Assembly (NCBI GenBank): GCA_964247055.1
Contig: OZ176052.1
Location: 4,898,001-4,962,000 of the forward strand
Direction of reading: 5' to 3'
From: Paragordius varius
Taxonomy: Eukaryota; Animalia; Nematomorpha
DNA length: 64,000 nucleotides
In this document: positions 27,601 through 42,547 of the stretch, piece after piece
Layout: every line of letters starts with the position of its first letter
Numbering within the stretch: position 1 is the first letter of the stretch
Program-made: the position numbers and the translations under genes
Notes under the pieces: generated by a model
What the model was told of the DNA's origin: nothing
Seen by the model: only the letters and a program-made list of their open reading frames with translations
The model's database searches: none

Positions 27601-30600
27601 TTTATCAGACAACAAGTTACAAAATCGGAAAAGGCGTACATATATGTACATGTATATTAAAATTGAATAAAATATCAATGTCATATCAGTTAAATAAAAA
27701 AAGAAATTTTTTCTTGTAGATAATAAAATGTTGTTCATTGTTAACACAAAACCTAATTTCTAGTAATTTCTATTAATTTCTATTAACTAATTAATTAATC
27801 AATTATATACACGAAAATTTTTAGTATAAAATAAATATTCCAGTAGAAAAATCGTATTACGTTTTCAAACATTTTACTCCTGAAAATAAGTGCTTTGCTA
27901 AATAACCATTATAATTAATTTAAACATTTTAGAGCTGGTTAAGTTAAATTTAATATTATTTTTTTAAAATAGTATTTATTTATCCAATTTAAATAATTAT
28001 TATTGTTAATTTGATAAAAGTTAGATAACGCCCATTAATATTATGGTGAATTAAAAATATACATAATATAAATAATCCCTTTGTTTTATAATACCTGTCC
28101 TAAATACGAAATAAAGATTTTTTATATATAAATAATAAATATATATTAACCCTTCTTTTATACTACTAAATACAAGCCTTTTAATATATTAAAAAAACAT
28201 ACAATATGAAAAATGGGCATAAATGTATTTTCATATTCATAAAAATATAATTTTTTATAAATAAAAAAACGATTATTACGATTAGGTGACATTAACCTAT
28301 TATTATTATATTATTAATTATGAGATATATATATTGCGACATTTCAATTTTTGGGATTATTTTTATGGGCGTTAACAGCTAAAAACAATGATTATATATA
28401 TTATTTATGTTATATATATTTTTCGTTTAAATATTTTTTTTAAAAACAAAAAAGTTTTAATCTGATTAATTGAATATGGCTGGTTAAATTAGGTCTAACG
28501 GGTTTATATCAATTTAATTTTAAACGTAATTATGATTGTGATTGAGATAACTCTTTAAAAATACCAGTCAAGTTAAACATATGTTAATCATGTGAATCAT
28601 AAAATTCATGGATATGAAAAAAGCTTTGAAATTTTTTTTGTTATTTTTATCATTTATAATAATTTTATCGAATGATTTTATTTTGCAAACTATTTAACAA
28701 GCATAGGAATTCCGGTAACGAACAGAAAGACCAATTATTTTTTGATCGTTTGAAATTTAATGTATTAATCATTGGTAAAATAGCTATAAATAATTTTAAA
28801 TGTTAAATTTTTATAAACTTTTTTGAATATTGCACACTATGTATGTATATTCAGTATTTAGCGTTTCTAGGTATTATAATGTATTACCCGTTTTTTGTGT
28901 AATAGTAGTATATTAATCCAAATTTAATGAAACTTTAATCTACAACGCCCAAATTTTACTTGTGATTTACATTATTAATACCTTAAAAAGTTATTAAAAA
29001 TGTTGCTTCTTTAATGAAATGAAAAAAAGGCGAATTTAAATCCATAAAAATTCATTAAATTATTGAATTTAAATAGAGCATGTACATCTAAAAATCGATA
29101 ACATTCACCAAATTTTAGCGTTTAATTGATTGAAAGAGCCAAGGATGTTTTTATAAAAAAAAGATTGACTATTTTTATGGTAAAATATACATTAACCACC
29201 CATGTTAACTAAAAACTCTATTTAACCATGATAATTTTTTGGATATAACTTAATTTAGCGGGGTATATTTGATTAAAAAATTCAATACAATCGATTTAGA
29301 TAACAGCAAGAGTCACACAATTACAATAGCAAATGATGGCAATACACTATGAAACATAAAATGAATATCCAATCTTTTCCCTAAAATCCGATAAAACACC
29401 ATTTTATTGATTATATACGTTTAAGAATGGGCCCATCAATTTCGGAAAAATCAATCGGAAATGAAGACGAATGGTTTTATCAAGGACATACAAAACAGAC
29501 AACTCTAGATAATCGTTTAAATTTAATGCATTACTTCTCCAATGATCCTAACAATAAAAACAATCTATCTTCATCTTTGCATTGGGTTAAAGCTTTCAAA
29601 CCAAAATTGGTGTTCACCCTTTACCTGTATCTATTCGTTTTTTGGGGCATTCATAAACATTCTCATGTCCATGCGAACATTCAAATCGAAGATGAGGTAT
29701 TTTGTCCAAATTTAAAATTCATATATCAAGCAAAACCTATTGATCAGTATAACTAAAAATAAAAAAATGATTTAAAATATTTGAGAAAAAGTTATTTAAA
29801 TTTTTTGGTATATTATCTACAATAAAATTGGCATTTTACTTGCAAAATAAATCAAATAAAAATTACAAGAGATTGAAAAAATAAATTGCTCTACTATCTA
29901 AAATTTCAAATTATTGGGTTGGTTTAAATGGTTTCACAATTAGCTATGTTCGGCTATTGATATTACTTGTACTTATTTATAACTATTTATTCTACCTATA
30001 GGAGAATGAGATTAAATAAAAGTTATATTAAAAAATCATTTTTTCCATTATTTAATAAAATTTTAATAATAAATCTATCCTGCTTTCTTTTAATTTTCAC
30101 CTTTACCTTCAATATTTTAAAACGATTTTAAGTAGTTTCCTATTGGCAATGTATAATTTTTTATATACACATTAAGTTGGGTTGTTTTTTTTATCATATT
30201 ATTGTTAATTTTTGGATTATTTTTCTTCTCTTTTCGTAGTACGGTCGATTATACCGTGTTGTAATAGTATTTAGATGCTTAATTAGTCTATGCTATAATA
30301 TATTTTAAGTTTTATTAAAATTATCATATACTAATTGAATTAACTCATTCATATTTTAATATTTTTATCCAATTTTCTGTTTTGAGAATTATTTATAACA
30401 GGTTATGAGATCTTTGGATTTAAAACGTTGTCGTAAAATGCGATACTTAGTCAAAAAATATCAAATAATTTTTATGAAAATTTTTAAGTTATACAGGACG
30501 GGGAATTGATGGTTTTCTTCCCACCATGAACTATTTTTTAGAAAATTTCAGGGTTATCAGGATATATTTGAGATATAATCGAAACAAAATGTTAATTTTT

Positions 30601-32774
30601 TTAACAAGCAAAGCTGTTCAATATCACCCACTACAATGCAAAAATCGTTTTTTAAAATTTTTTTAGTTAAACGACAAAAACCTTTCAATTTTAGATTTTT
30701 CTAATAATCCCAAATAGAAAAAGGAATAATTCATAAAAATTTGATGCATAGAGATTATAAGAGCTAAAAATGTAAAATTTAGTTGCAAAAACATTTTACA
30801 TTAAAAATCCATCCTATCTAATAATTTTTTTTAGATATATAGTCCCAAACACGGTAATCTCTTTTAAACGTCGGCATAATATCCTCCACAATCTAAAAAG
30901 AATCTAAAATATCAGTAGTGGGCTGATTTGGATTCTCTTTAAAATCGCTAAACTACAAATTTTATTTATAATTCGTTGATTGATTTTTACGGATCCTTTT
31001 TAATTTGAGGATTTGTACATTTGAGACTGTAGATGTCATATGGCAACGACTTTTGTTATAATATTTTACTAGATATTCAAACCCTAAAAACATTCCAAAA
31101 ATTTTTATGTAAAAATTTATTTATGATATGCAATGACAAACGTGAGGGGGAACCATTATTTCTTCAAATTTAATATTTATTTTATTATAGGTTTTTATAA
31201 CATTTTGGCTATGGCACATAATTTTATTAAAAACGTAACAATAAATTTAGGCTTACAATTTCTTAAATATTTATCAACTGCATCTAAGATCACTAAGCGG
31301 AATTTAATCAAAATACTTGGTAATGTCGCCCTAGTATCAATAATATATATATATATATAAAGCATATGGTAAAACTTATTAATAATAGTTAATTTTATCA
31401 GAATCAATAAATAATTTTGCTATAAGCTATCGACACAACTTTAAATTATTTAAAAATTTTATTAACATCTTTATTGGCTCAACTAGAAAAAAACAACCGC
31501 TTCTTTAAGGATTGTATTTTGATTTATTTTACAGATAAAATATATGTCTATTTGATTGCCATAAAATTATTATATTACAATGAAATTCCCATAGAATTTT
31601 CCGATTTTTTAAGGAATAATCATGATAAATGTTATGAAGGAATTGTACTCGGTGTGCATCATCAATATTGATGTTTTAGAAGAAAAGGAATTCACTTTCT
31701 ATCTCACACATTGTTAATAATTGTTTTGCTCTAATTTAAGTTTATTCTTCTTTAAGTTTTTTTAATTAAATTTTTTTCTAATAATAAATACTTTCTAATT
31801 CTTTAATTAATTTAGTAGATCTCTCGACTCAACGAAAAAAAAATTGTTAAAGTTTTTTTCATTCACATATAACTAAAACTTAGAGGATCTCTAAAAGAAG
31901 CACATACATCTAAAAAGGGAAAATATTTTTATTATAACATGATGACAATGATAATATATAGGCTGTGCACAATAAATCGATAGAAATATCTATTGTTTTG
32001 GTGAAAAATCTATGAATACAAAATAAATTACACATCTAATTTTGATCGTGAAAACTCGTGAATAATATTAACATTTTATCATTCAATTTGAGATAATGAC
32101 TTTCAATCTGAAATAAAAGTGAAATTAAGAATTAAAGGAATATCCATGATTAGAGTGTCCTCTTGTGAAAGATCACAATCAAAAAAGTTTTGGTTTAGAG
32201 AGTCTAAGCGTCTATCTAAAATAATAATCCTTATTTCTACCAAAAGGTTAATTTGATGCATCCATTATTATAAGCATATTATTTTCAATTATATATGGTT
32301 GATTTATTTATGTGAAAAGATAAGTTTTTAGACCTCCATAATTATTTTTCAAAACAATGATCTCTGTGATCCATAAAAATATTGTTAAAACCAATTAAGT
32401 TCAAGGTGACAATTTTTACTAATTGCAACATTGGAATGAACTCTTCTATGAGTAAATTATTTTACACCTCGCATTTTCAAAAAGATGTTGGGCCGTCCGC
32501 CGCATTTCAAAAAATATATAAATAATTAGGTGATGATGTGTTTTTGTAGACTAAGCATGCGTATTAATTAATTTATTATATTTGTATAGGAAAAACTGAT
32601 TTTACTTAATAAATTAATTATTATTTATATAAAGCTTATGAGACCTTGATTTAAAATGATTTATGATGTACCAATAAAGTGCTGAAGACGGACATCGCAT
32701 TTTGGTTATTTAAACATCTGTTTTTTTTACAGGTTTATATACCACACATTCAAATAATTAATTACCTTTTAAAT

Positions 32775-32982
32775 CAGGGGTGTCCACAAATAGCTTTTCA
32801 GGACCTAATACACGAAATATATGAACATTATAAATGCTTTATTAGATTTCAAACGTAAGACTGTAAAAAATACTGTATATTTTGACAATTTTTGCTAGTT
32901 TTTGCCCCAATTCGAAAAATTATTTTAATAAAATATTTTATTAAATGATCATTTTGGAGGGCCGCGCGTCGAACATTTACTG
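32775..32982. mobile_element. hAT (Charlie/Buster-like) MITE
   Basis: Starts caggggtgtccacaaatagc and ends gggccgcgcgtcgaacatttactg, flanked by ttttaaat / ttttaaac. Confidence 0.8.
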
Positions 32983-33737
32983 TTTTAAACCATTGTGACG
33001 AAATATAAGTAAAAAAGTATATTGTTAGTTTTAAATGGATATTGCCAATAGCATTTTAGAGAAAATTGCACCATTTTTGGCCGCAACAAGACACTGGGAA
33101 AAAAAAATATATTTTTTATGCACCAATAATCTGTTTTCTTTACCCTAAAAACTATCTAACAAATTAAATTAATGAAATATTAGCAATGTATTTTATACAA
33201 TCTATATTATATGCATCACATTTATTCATTCCCATTAATCGTTAAAAATTTGTTAAATACAGACGTACCAGATATTATTTTAATTTAATTATTTTTGAGG
33301 AATTTTTACGGCTAGAATCATGAATAACCGGACAAGTTTCCGCTTCCAGTTTTAATGAATTATTCATGTATTGCTAAAATATATCATATCAACTATCAAA
33401 AAGCGCCTCCTATGTTCAAACATTTTTGTTTTTATCGATTAAACAATGATTTTTTTATAATGTATTAAATTTTTGAGTTATTGCTAAAGTCTTATATCAT
33501 CCAAATATATACTGAATTATTTATAATCAATGCTTGTATCTTTTTTTATTTGTTGTTCAAGAATATTCAATTGACACTGTTACGGCATTTACACGAAGAA
33601 AATCCACACATATTTCCCTCATACGGTAACTATAACGTTTTCTTTAAAAATATATATATTTTGAAAATAATATAACCTTTTTATTTGACTTTTATACCAA
33701 AGATATTGATCATAATGGCATTTCGCTCACTGACCCA

Positions 33738-36700
33738 ATGTTTGAAATCGATGAAAATAATTTTGATTACCTTGTTATACCATCACCAAATAAGGATGGG
33801 GAAAGATCCAAAAAAATGAGAGACAACAGTAGAAAAAAACGTAAAAAACGGGACCTAGAGGTTCAAATCATTCCAGATCCAAATCAAGTCATATTACCGG
33901 ACAATATATATCAATATTTGAAACAAGAAGAACGGAATAAACTTAACCTATCTTCTACGGGCACGAATAATGATGATGAATACCTCATGCATCAATTACA
34001 TCCAGATTCGATCGCTAGTAATCAGGATCTCCCCAAAAAGTTTATATATGAGTATCATCAACAACAACAACACAGTTCCAATAACAACAATAAAGGCCGC
34101 CCTCTAGACCACTTGAACCCCAATATGAATATAGGTGATTCTATCGTATATCAACCCGATTTAAATCAAAATTTACATTCGTACACCAATCTTAGGCGTC
34201 AAAAACCGTTAGGTTTTAAGGCTGAACTTAAAGGACGAAAGGCTAAATCAATGAAACAACAACAACATAAACAATCATCTTCTGGTATGACGCCGCACCC
34301 GCCAACCTCTCAAAGAGTTAACATCAAAATTTTTGATAAAGATTTCAATCTCACCCTTCACCAAAATGATAAGTTAGTTGGTCCAAATTTCATATATGCC
34401 CTGCGTAATGGTAGCCAAGTGAAACAATTGGCCGTTAGAGTCCCAAGCTGTTATTATAAAGGATATAATTCAAATGCCAATAGTAACAATAAACTTCCAT
34501 CCTTATCCATCAATGATAATATTGCTGTTCAGCAGAATGGGAATGGAGGGAATTTATTTTTCGATGGGCAAAATGCCGAAGCGCTTAGCATCAATGTTCA
34601 AAATCAAAGTTTTATTTTTCCGGCTGACGCTCAACTAGATATAATAAATAATGATGGTACCACTGAACATATGGCCGCCTTAAGCACTTGTAGGGGAGAA
34701 TTGGTAATACTATTAATAATCAATTCATATTTTTTGACTGATGATTCTAATTTAATGTTTTACTACTTTTTTGTGGGCTTTTATAAACTTATTGAGTTTT
34801 GAAACAATTTTTTTACTTTTTAAAATGTCAAGGAATTCTAATTAAGGTCCGGAATGCTATTTAGGATATTGGTCTTGTTTTTGTATTTTCAATAATATGG
34901 CCCAAACATAACAAAAGCACGTTGGAAATAGTTCCTTTTTTGTGTGTAGTTATGGCAAATAGAATTTATTATTTTCGAAAAAGGATAATCAATAGCTATC
35001 GTCGGAAATACATATAGTGGCAATGTTATGGTTCATCCTTTTCATGTCTTTCTGTTTCAGTTTTTTTATCAATGCAAAAACTTCAAACAAATTATTTTGT
35101 AATTATATATACATTTAATTATTTTATTTTTTTACATAATCTATAAAAAAACTACGATATATCAAAATTTTGAACTTAATATAATTATAAATGACTAAAA
35201 TTTATGCATTTTCAGTAACAAGATTCACATGATTTTAATTTTATGCAATCTTTCTCGTAACTTTCATAGCGCGGATATGTAAGAGATGACAAAGATGGTT
35301 CCCACTATTACATACACCCCATGAATCCGCAAATTATTCATAGGACAAAAAGATCCCTAAAAAATATATATTATAAACTCAACTCAACCAATAGTTCAAG
35401 CCAACACAATTCCAGTAAACTTTATTCGCCTTCTCCCAATCAACATCACAAAAATATTCACGCATTCCTTCGTAACACGATAAGGCCACACATAGTAATA
35501 AAATTGACCAATTTTATAAAGCATCCCTCTCACGACGATCATCATCACGAAAGTTCTGCAAGCTCTTACTGCCCTTTAGGTAATATTTAAATTTAATGAA
35601 AATAAACTAATAAAGTTATATCCAAATAATTCTATTTGAGGTGGAATTTCATAAAAACTATATAGCAATAGAAAAGATTAGTTTTAGTGAATAGTAATTG
35701 GTGTTATATAAAATGATATTCCATTTGTATTTCCCGTTGGAAAAAATTTATTTCTAGGTTTTGTCAGGCCCTCAGCTCTATACAAAGAGTTAAAGACTTT
35801 TTTAATGTTTTTTTTTTAAAATAAAATTTATTTACAGAACTTGTCATAATTGAAAAAATATGTATGTGTGAGTTAACTTTTAATTAATGCAAATCCCTAC
35901 ATAAATAAAAATTTTAATTTTAAAAGGACTAAAAAATAGATAAAAGATATTATATAAAATATATCAAAAACATTTTGACAGTATTCTTAAAAAACGTTAG
36001 ATTACGGCGCGTATATCATTTATTTAGTAAAGATAAATAATATTATTTTAATTAAAAAAAAGGGTATTGAAAGCGTTAGTTTTTGCTATTCACCAAAAAA
36101 GGGAACTAATCATTTGTAAAAAAAAATATTTATTTAGATCACTTTACGCATCATCAAGATCACATTGTGGATCCGCTAAATTTTAGAAAGACTATCCTAG
36201 AATCGCCTCGCCATAACAGAGTAAGGCGGGCCCCTGAAGATAATACGCCAGAATTAGAGACTGACGCAACTGTAGAGATTGGATTGTTTTATGACGAAGA
36301 TCTTTACATGCAAACACAAATGGCCAGTAATAGGGAAGAAAAAATCATGGATTACGTCTTGAACATTATGAATGCTGTAAATTTTTGCTTCTCTATTTCT
36401 TTTGGTTATTTATTCTGTAAAAAAATAGATAAATATTGTTTCCATCCAAATTCCAAACCTTTTAACATATTTTCGAATTCTTATTCAATATCCATAAAAA
36501 TTTCAGGTTGGATTATTGCTAACGCATCCCTCATTGGGCAAGTCACTTGATGTCTCGTTGGTTCGTCTAGAAATCTTTGAAAAACAACCGGTAATTCCTT
36601 TATTTCCCCGCTAAATTTTAGTTTCTACATTACATTATAAAGATTAATAGACCATTAATTTTCAATTATTACAAAGTAATTATATGAATTATGACGATTC

Positions 36701-39700
36701 TATATGATAAATTTGTAGGATTCCTTAAAAACCAAAGATGCAACTGCATTACTTGAAGCATTTAGAGAATTTCAGATGGATAGCAATCCGGCATACGAAT
36801 TGGCAAACAGCAAAAATTGGGACAATGCCATTTTATTAACCGGGTAGTAATGCAATGCTAATAATAATCCTTAAAAATTTAATTTAGTTTTAATATAATG
36901 CTAGATAATTTATATACGATTGATCGTGATTTTTAGAATGAACATGTATCAAAATATTTATGCCAATGGTCAATTACAAAAAGTTCAATCAATAGCTGGT
37001 ATAATCTATTTTTTTCCTCATTAATTTATATGAAAGAATGGCTTTGCTCAATTTTTTTAAACTGCTAGCAGTTAATTCAGACTGCAGCTATATTATAGGA
37101 GTCTAAGAAGTGAATGAAGAAGCGTTTTTATATTGAGTCTAAGCTCTCATTTTATCGGAATCAAAAATGACTTTAATGTAATTGGCAGAGGGTCTCTGTA
37201 TATGAATATTATTTTTTTGATTTTCTAATGGTACTTTAAAATTTATCCTCGCTTTTAACATTTTTCCGAATACAGTATAAGTAAGTAAGTATACATTGCT
37301 AGAAAGTTATTAGTTATTGCCAAATAGTAAATAAGGGCAGTATTATTGGCTTATAGTTATATTTTTTACTTTTTACTATTATCAGCCAATAATACTGTCC
37401 TTTGTTTTATTTACTATTGGCCATAATTAATAACTTTCTAGTAATGTATACTTACTCATATTGTATTTAACAACAAATAATGTTTCAATCTCCTACGATG
37501 TATTTTTTTACCATGGTTCAGTTCAATTTTTTTGGTTTACATTATATGATATAACCTTAGACATGAAATTAAAATTAACCTGTAATAAACCCGCCATATA
37601 TCAGTTTTGATTTATTTACTGTATATGCAAATATTTTCTAGCGAATACCATATTATAACTACTACACTAATTTTTAGTGTTGTTGATTTGAGTAAAAAGT
37701 TATTAAACATTTTTGTTATTACATATTTTAAAGGGTTGGCGGGCATTGGAACGATGTGCCACAATAAATTTTCAGCAAGCATTATTGAGGCCAAAGGTTA
37801 CCGAAGTGCTTACAGTATTGCCCATGAAATGGGACACAAGTATTACTAAATTCAATAAATGAAATAAATTATTTTTTTGATAATAATATATATATGTGAT
37901 GTTTATAATAAAAATTTGGGTTTGGATTTGGTTCAATATAATATAAATTATTTTTGGTACTAATTTGATTTATTTTGATTTTTTAAAAATAAAATTCCTT
38001 CCACAAATCGTGTGACTAACACCAACAGCCATAAAAGGTCAAATTCTAAAATTTTGGCACTTTAAAGAAAGGCGACCGTTTTCCATATATGATTGCTAAA
38101 ATCATCTTCTTGATGACTTCTATATCTGAATATATTAAAGTTTCTAAATTGATATATTGATTTCGGGAAGCTTGGAATAAGATTCCGGAAAATTTACTCT
38201 TTCGGATTGTGATTTTTGACAACCATATTTTTCAAGTTTAATCCAATTCTACCAAATTAACCGAGTTTGGTTTCCTTTTTCGGATTGATTTTTTGAAACA
38301 TATATTTTTAGTAAGGTGTTTATACCATAAATATATATTGTAGTTTTGGGATGGTTCATGATGGGGTAAGTTATGCTAGTCGGTGCGAAAACGAAGGATA
38401 TATTATGTCACCTCATACCGGTATGGGAACAAATAAATGGTCGGAATGTAGTCGAGAAATTATAAGTGATACTCTCAAGTAAATAATCCTATTAACAAAA
38501 CCTATTTAAATCAATATGCAATAAATGGCTGATTTTTTCCTAATTGTAAATTTTGAATTAATACTTATTCTAAGTAATTGCTAAGATTGTCCCTAAAAAA
38601 CAACGTAATATATATATTTATTTAAATTAATCAACAGTTATGAATTTTTAATATAAAAGTACGTTTAATGTTTTACAATATTTACGAAGATATTTCACTT
38701 GTTTGTATGAAACATCGGACACTCCGTGGAAATTAAGTTTTCCAGTTCAAAATGTCTTACCTGGTCAACGTATTAGTGCCGACCAACAATGCGAAGCTTT
38801 TGTCGGTAAAGGTTCTAAAAGATTTAAAGGCACACAAATTGAGGTATATAAGCTTGATTTTTTTATGGTGTGCAAAACTATCATTACAATAAACCCATAA
38901 AATGTGTGTGTAAAAATTCGAAACAATTTTTTATAGACTATTTGCTATTATTTATGGTGCACTCAACCCAACAACGATTATTTTGCTTATGGAACTCATC
39001 CAGCATTGGATGGCACATATTGCGGATGGAATAAGGTATCTTAATATAATAATAGAATAATTTTATTATACATTAAAATTTAATTGCAAAATTTATTTAA
39101 ATTTTCCTTTGCACTAAAATAGTGGTGTAGAGCCGGCACCTGTACAAATTGGCCCTATAATCATGGTTCAGAAGTAGTAAATGGAGGTTGGACGCCTTGG
39201 GTCGAAGACACAGGTTGCAGTTATAACTGTATGGTCGATGGCAGCGGAGTATATCTTTGGTCAAGAAAATGCGAAAACCCATAGTAAGTATCTGGTCAAA
39301 CCAAATTAAATTAAAACTATCCCAATAGTTTTTTAAATATACTAATAAAAATAATTTTCGAATTCAAAAGTCTGTTTTAGATTCGAACAAATAATATATC
39401 ATCAATTATTTTAGTCCATTGAACGGAGGCGATGAATGTTACGGTGAAAATGTTGCTTACGAATTATGTGATCCGGATGCTCATGTTTTTGATGTAAGAA
39501 TACTTTTAATTTTTTACAAATACTTATTTAATTTAACTAAAAATTTGGATTAAATTTAAAATTAAACTTGCGATTCTATTGTTAACCTTAAATTAAGTTT
39601 GGGATTTTTTATAAGTTTTTTTTACTATCCCATATAAGAATGTTATATATGATGAATTACCTTTGATTTTACCAAATGTTTAGTAATAGTATTTAGATTT

Positions 39701-42133
39701 AATGCATCGTTTTATTTTTGAAATCTCAATTATTTATACTGAATGGAATGATATATCAAAACTCCAATAGATATTATTTCTATGCTCATTTAGAGTTGCC
39801 ATAAAATATCAGTACAAGATTTTATTGATGACACATGTAGTAAAAAAAGTACCCAAGCTATACCATATATTGGTGGTTCTCAATATACACACAATGAAAA
39901 GGGTAATTAATTAGGTTTTTTAAACTTTGATTACAGTTTTGCTATGAACCTTCGTTATTACAGTATTTATTATAATGGTTGCTTATTTCACACTATAGTA
40001 GGACAATAAACAAAATAGGTGTGTGTGAAAAAAAGAAAGGAAATAATTGTTTATTCAACATTTTGTTGTTTTTTCCAAACGCTACTGTGTTGCAAATTGC
40101 CTAACTATAGCGCGAAATAAGCAACCATTAAAATGCATACTGTAATTGTAGAAACTAAGGTGTCGCAGTTTGATATCTGTATTTTTTATAAATCGTGATA
40201 AATGATATATCTAAAGCTAAACTATCTCGCTATAAACTAAAAATTAAACTTATCATTTTTACTATGCCGTCGATCCTACTTAAACACTTTAAAAACATAT
40301 GAAATTTGGCAAATTTATATGGGAATTTGGAAATTATTATTTTCAGTCAGTTAATCATTATTTTATGAGTTTGAGAGCGCAAGTCAAAAAGCAAAAACTT
40401 AAATGATAAATACTATAAGTATCTATAAACAGCTTTATAATTTTAATTTAAAAATAGACGAATTTTATTTAAATCAGAGCAAAGTAAAAAATAATTGAAT
40501 ATAAAATGTTAAAAAATATTTTGGCCTATCGCGCATTTTATACCATGGCTATATGTTTCGAATTTACCAAATATTATGTAAATAAATTGTGTAATAATTA
40601 AAAATTATTACAATAAGTAATAAAAAAGCATTCTGCCTGCATTTTTTATTGGTTTAAGATATATACTGTTTCTAAAACTCAGAGGTTCAAATTCATCCTT
40701 GTACAATTTAAATTTACCCTTGAACATTTCTATTCACCAATAAATAAATTATGTGTAAGATTATAAATACCTATATTTTTATATTTTCAAAAAATGAACT
40801 TCTGTTAAAATTCAACATAATACTAAAAAAATAATAAACTAAGCCATGAGAATATATTTCTTGTTAATGATGAGTTATGAAAACACACAATTTATTTTTA
40901 TGGTGAAATTGAAGGGTGAATTTGAATTCTTTAAGGGTATTTAAATTGTAAATGGTATATATTATATTTATTTAAATTCATCACACTTATTTAAAATCAG
41001 GAAATTTTTTCCTATTTTTCAAATAAATACAAAAGACTTCTTTTTATATGAGCGATAAAAGTTCATTTACAAAAATCATTTTATTTTTTACTTGTAATAA
41101 AATACACATATAACACAGAACAAAACAAACATTTATAATAAATTCATTTTTATATAAGTTTATTCAACAATTAATTGTTTTATAAAAAATATTTAGCTGG
41201 TATATGGTCTCTTTTCGAAATATAATTAATTTTAAAAATTTTTCGCCTCTATAGTTCCGACCCATGCATGTCATGTTTATTGTCAAAGAGCTGACACAGG
41301 CGAATATGTCCCATCTGGTCTTTTACCAGATGGCTCCCTTTGTCACATTGACGATGACGGTTTGGCCTTTTATTGTGTACACGGTATGTGCAATAAACCC
41401 ATCTCTGGAGCTCATGTAATGAAAATTTCTAAATTTTATTTTTACCCTATGATTAGGTATACATTGCTAGAAAGTTATTAATTATTGCCAAATAGCATAT
41501 ACAACTAAGGGCAGTATTATTGGCTTATAGTTATTTTTTTTTACTTTTTACTATTATTAGCAAATAATAATTCTCTTTGCTGCATATGCTATTTGGCAAT
41601 GATTAATAACTTTTTAGCAATATATACTTACTCATACTGTAATATCTCTCTGGGGAAAAATTTGTCATTTGTTTAAAAGAGTGTGTGATCTTAATAAGAT
41701 TAATTAATTAATTAAGTTTTGCATAATTATTTTTATATATATATCCAAAAATTGTGATAGAAGTTTTTATATGGAAAGCTTAATAATAATAAAATTCACA
41801 GGGAACTAGAAATACGATATTTATAAGTTGATAGCGTAAAATTATGGCTCTCAGCTCTTTTACGTAAATTAGCCAATGAATGCGTGAAAATGGTTGATGA
41901 CATTTCAAAAATATTATAACTAAATTTTTAAAATTAATAAAATTACAAAATGAATGTTTTTTTACCATTTGTCCCTTTACACCCAATATTTGTTCCGACG
42001 CTAATATTACTGAATAGTCATCTAGATAATAAATATAATTGCAAACCTTAAACTAAAAAATTATTTTGACATTATAGATTTGTGTAGTGCTATAATATCC
42101 TTATTTTTTCTATGTTAGGAATTACCATATTAA
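33738..42133 (+). CDS. ADAMTS-type reprolysin zinc metalloprotease (prodomain, M12B catalytic, disintegrin-like, one TSP1, Cys-rich)
   Basis: Prodomain motifs KIFDKDFNLTLHQNDKLVGPNF, CYYKG and AALSTCRGEL|RGYV; furin-like RVRR at ~36219-36230; zinc motif HEMGHN|FGMVHD split by intron 37840-38343; Met-turn YIMSP; LPGQRISADQQC; CYYLWC...HPALDGTYCG; TSP1 GGWTPW...CSYNC; Cys-rich exon 41255-41415. The start (candidate upstream exon ~33481-33625) and last exon (42119-42133, ELPY*) are uncertain. Confidence 0.9.
37271..37465. mobile_element. MITE family C copy in an ADAMTS intron
   Basis: tacagtataagtaagtaagtatacattgctagaaagttatt ... aataactttctagtaatgtatacttactcatattgta. Confidence 0.88.
39959..40144. 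mobile_element. Tc1/mariner-pogo-like MITE family D (TA|CAGTA...TACTG|TA) in an ADAMTS intron
   Basis: tacagtatttattataatggttgcttatttcacactatagt is the inverted repeat of actatagcgcgaaataagcaaccattaaaatgcatactgta. Confidence 0.82.
40662..40959. mobile_element. MITE family A copy in an ADAMTS intron
   Basis: gttcaaattcatccttgtacaatttaaatttacccttgaaca on the left and gaagggtgaatttgaatt...tgtaaatggtata on the right; the internal spacer resembles 628-947. Confidence 0.8.
41443..41641. mobile_element. MITE family C copy just after the ADAMTS Cys-rich exon
   Basis: gtatacattgctagaaagttattaattattgccaaatagcata ... tatgctatttggcaatgattaataactttttagcaatatatacttactcatactgta. Confidence 0.85.
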
Positions 42134-42547
42134 ACACCGCATTTATATCAAAACCTAAATTATCTCATGGTAGCAATTCAAAAGTGGACAAACAATGCAA
42201 ATTCCAATTTATGAATTAACCCGATTCTTATTTATATTAAATAACAAAGATTATAGAAAATATAATAAATTATTTATATTGACCATTAAAACAATCTATC
42301 TATAACCCTACTTAGTTTTAAATGTACTTTGGGTTAAATTTCTGTTGTTTTATTATTTGAAAAAGGGCTATTAATTTCTAAACCGGAAAACGTAAATATG
42401 ATGAATATAAACCCAAGTAAATTTATTTCTCTACGAACTAAGTCTCATATTTAACACAATCAGTAATTACACTAAAAGTTCATTATTATTACAATTAAAA
42501 CATATTTTTAACATAAGATGTCCTAAATCATTCAAATTTAACAAAGA

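Noticed and set aside
39036-39122. ADAMTS intron with a GTATCTT donor and TTCCTTT tract as a second U12 intron
   Set aside because: The donor deviates from GTATCCTT and the tract lacks the branch A of TCCTTAAC; treated as U2-type.
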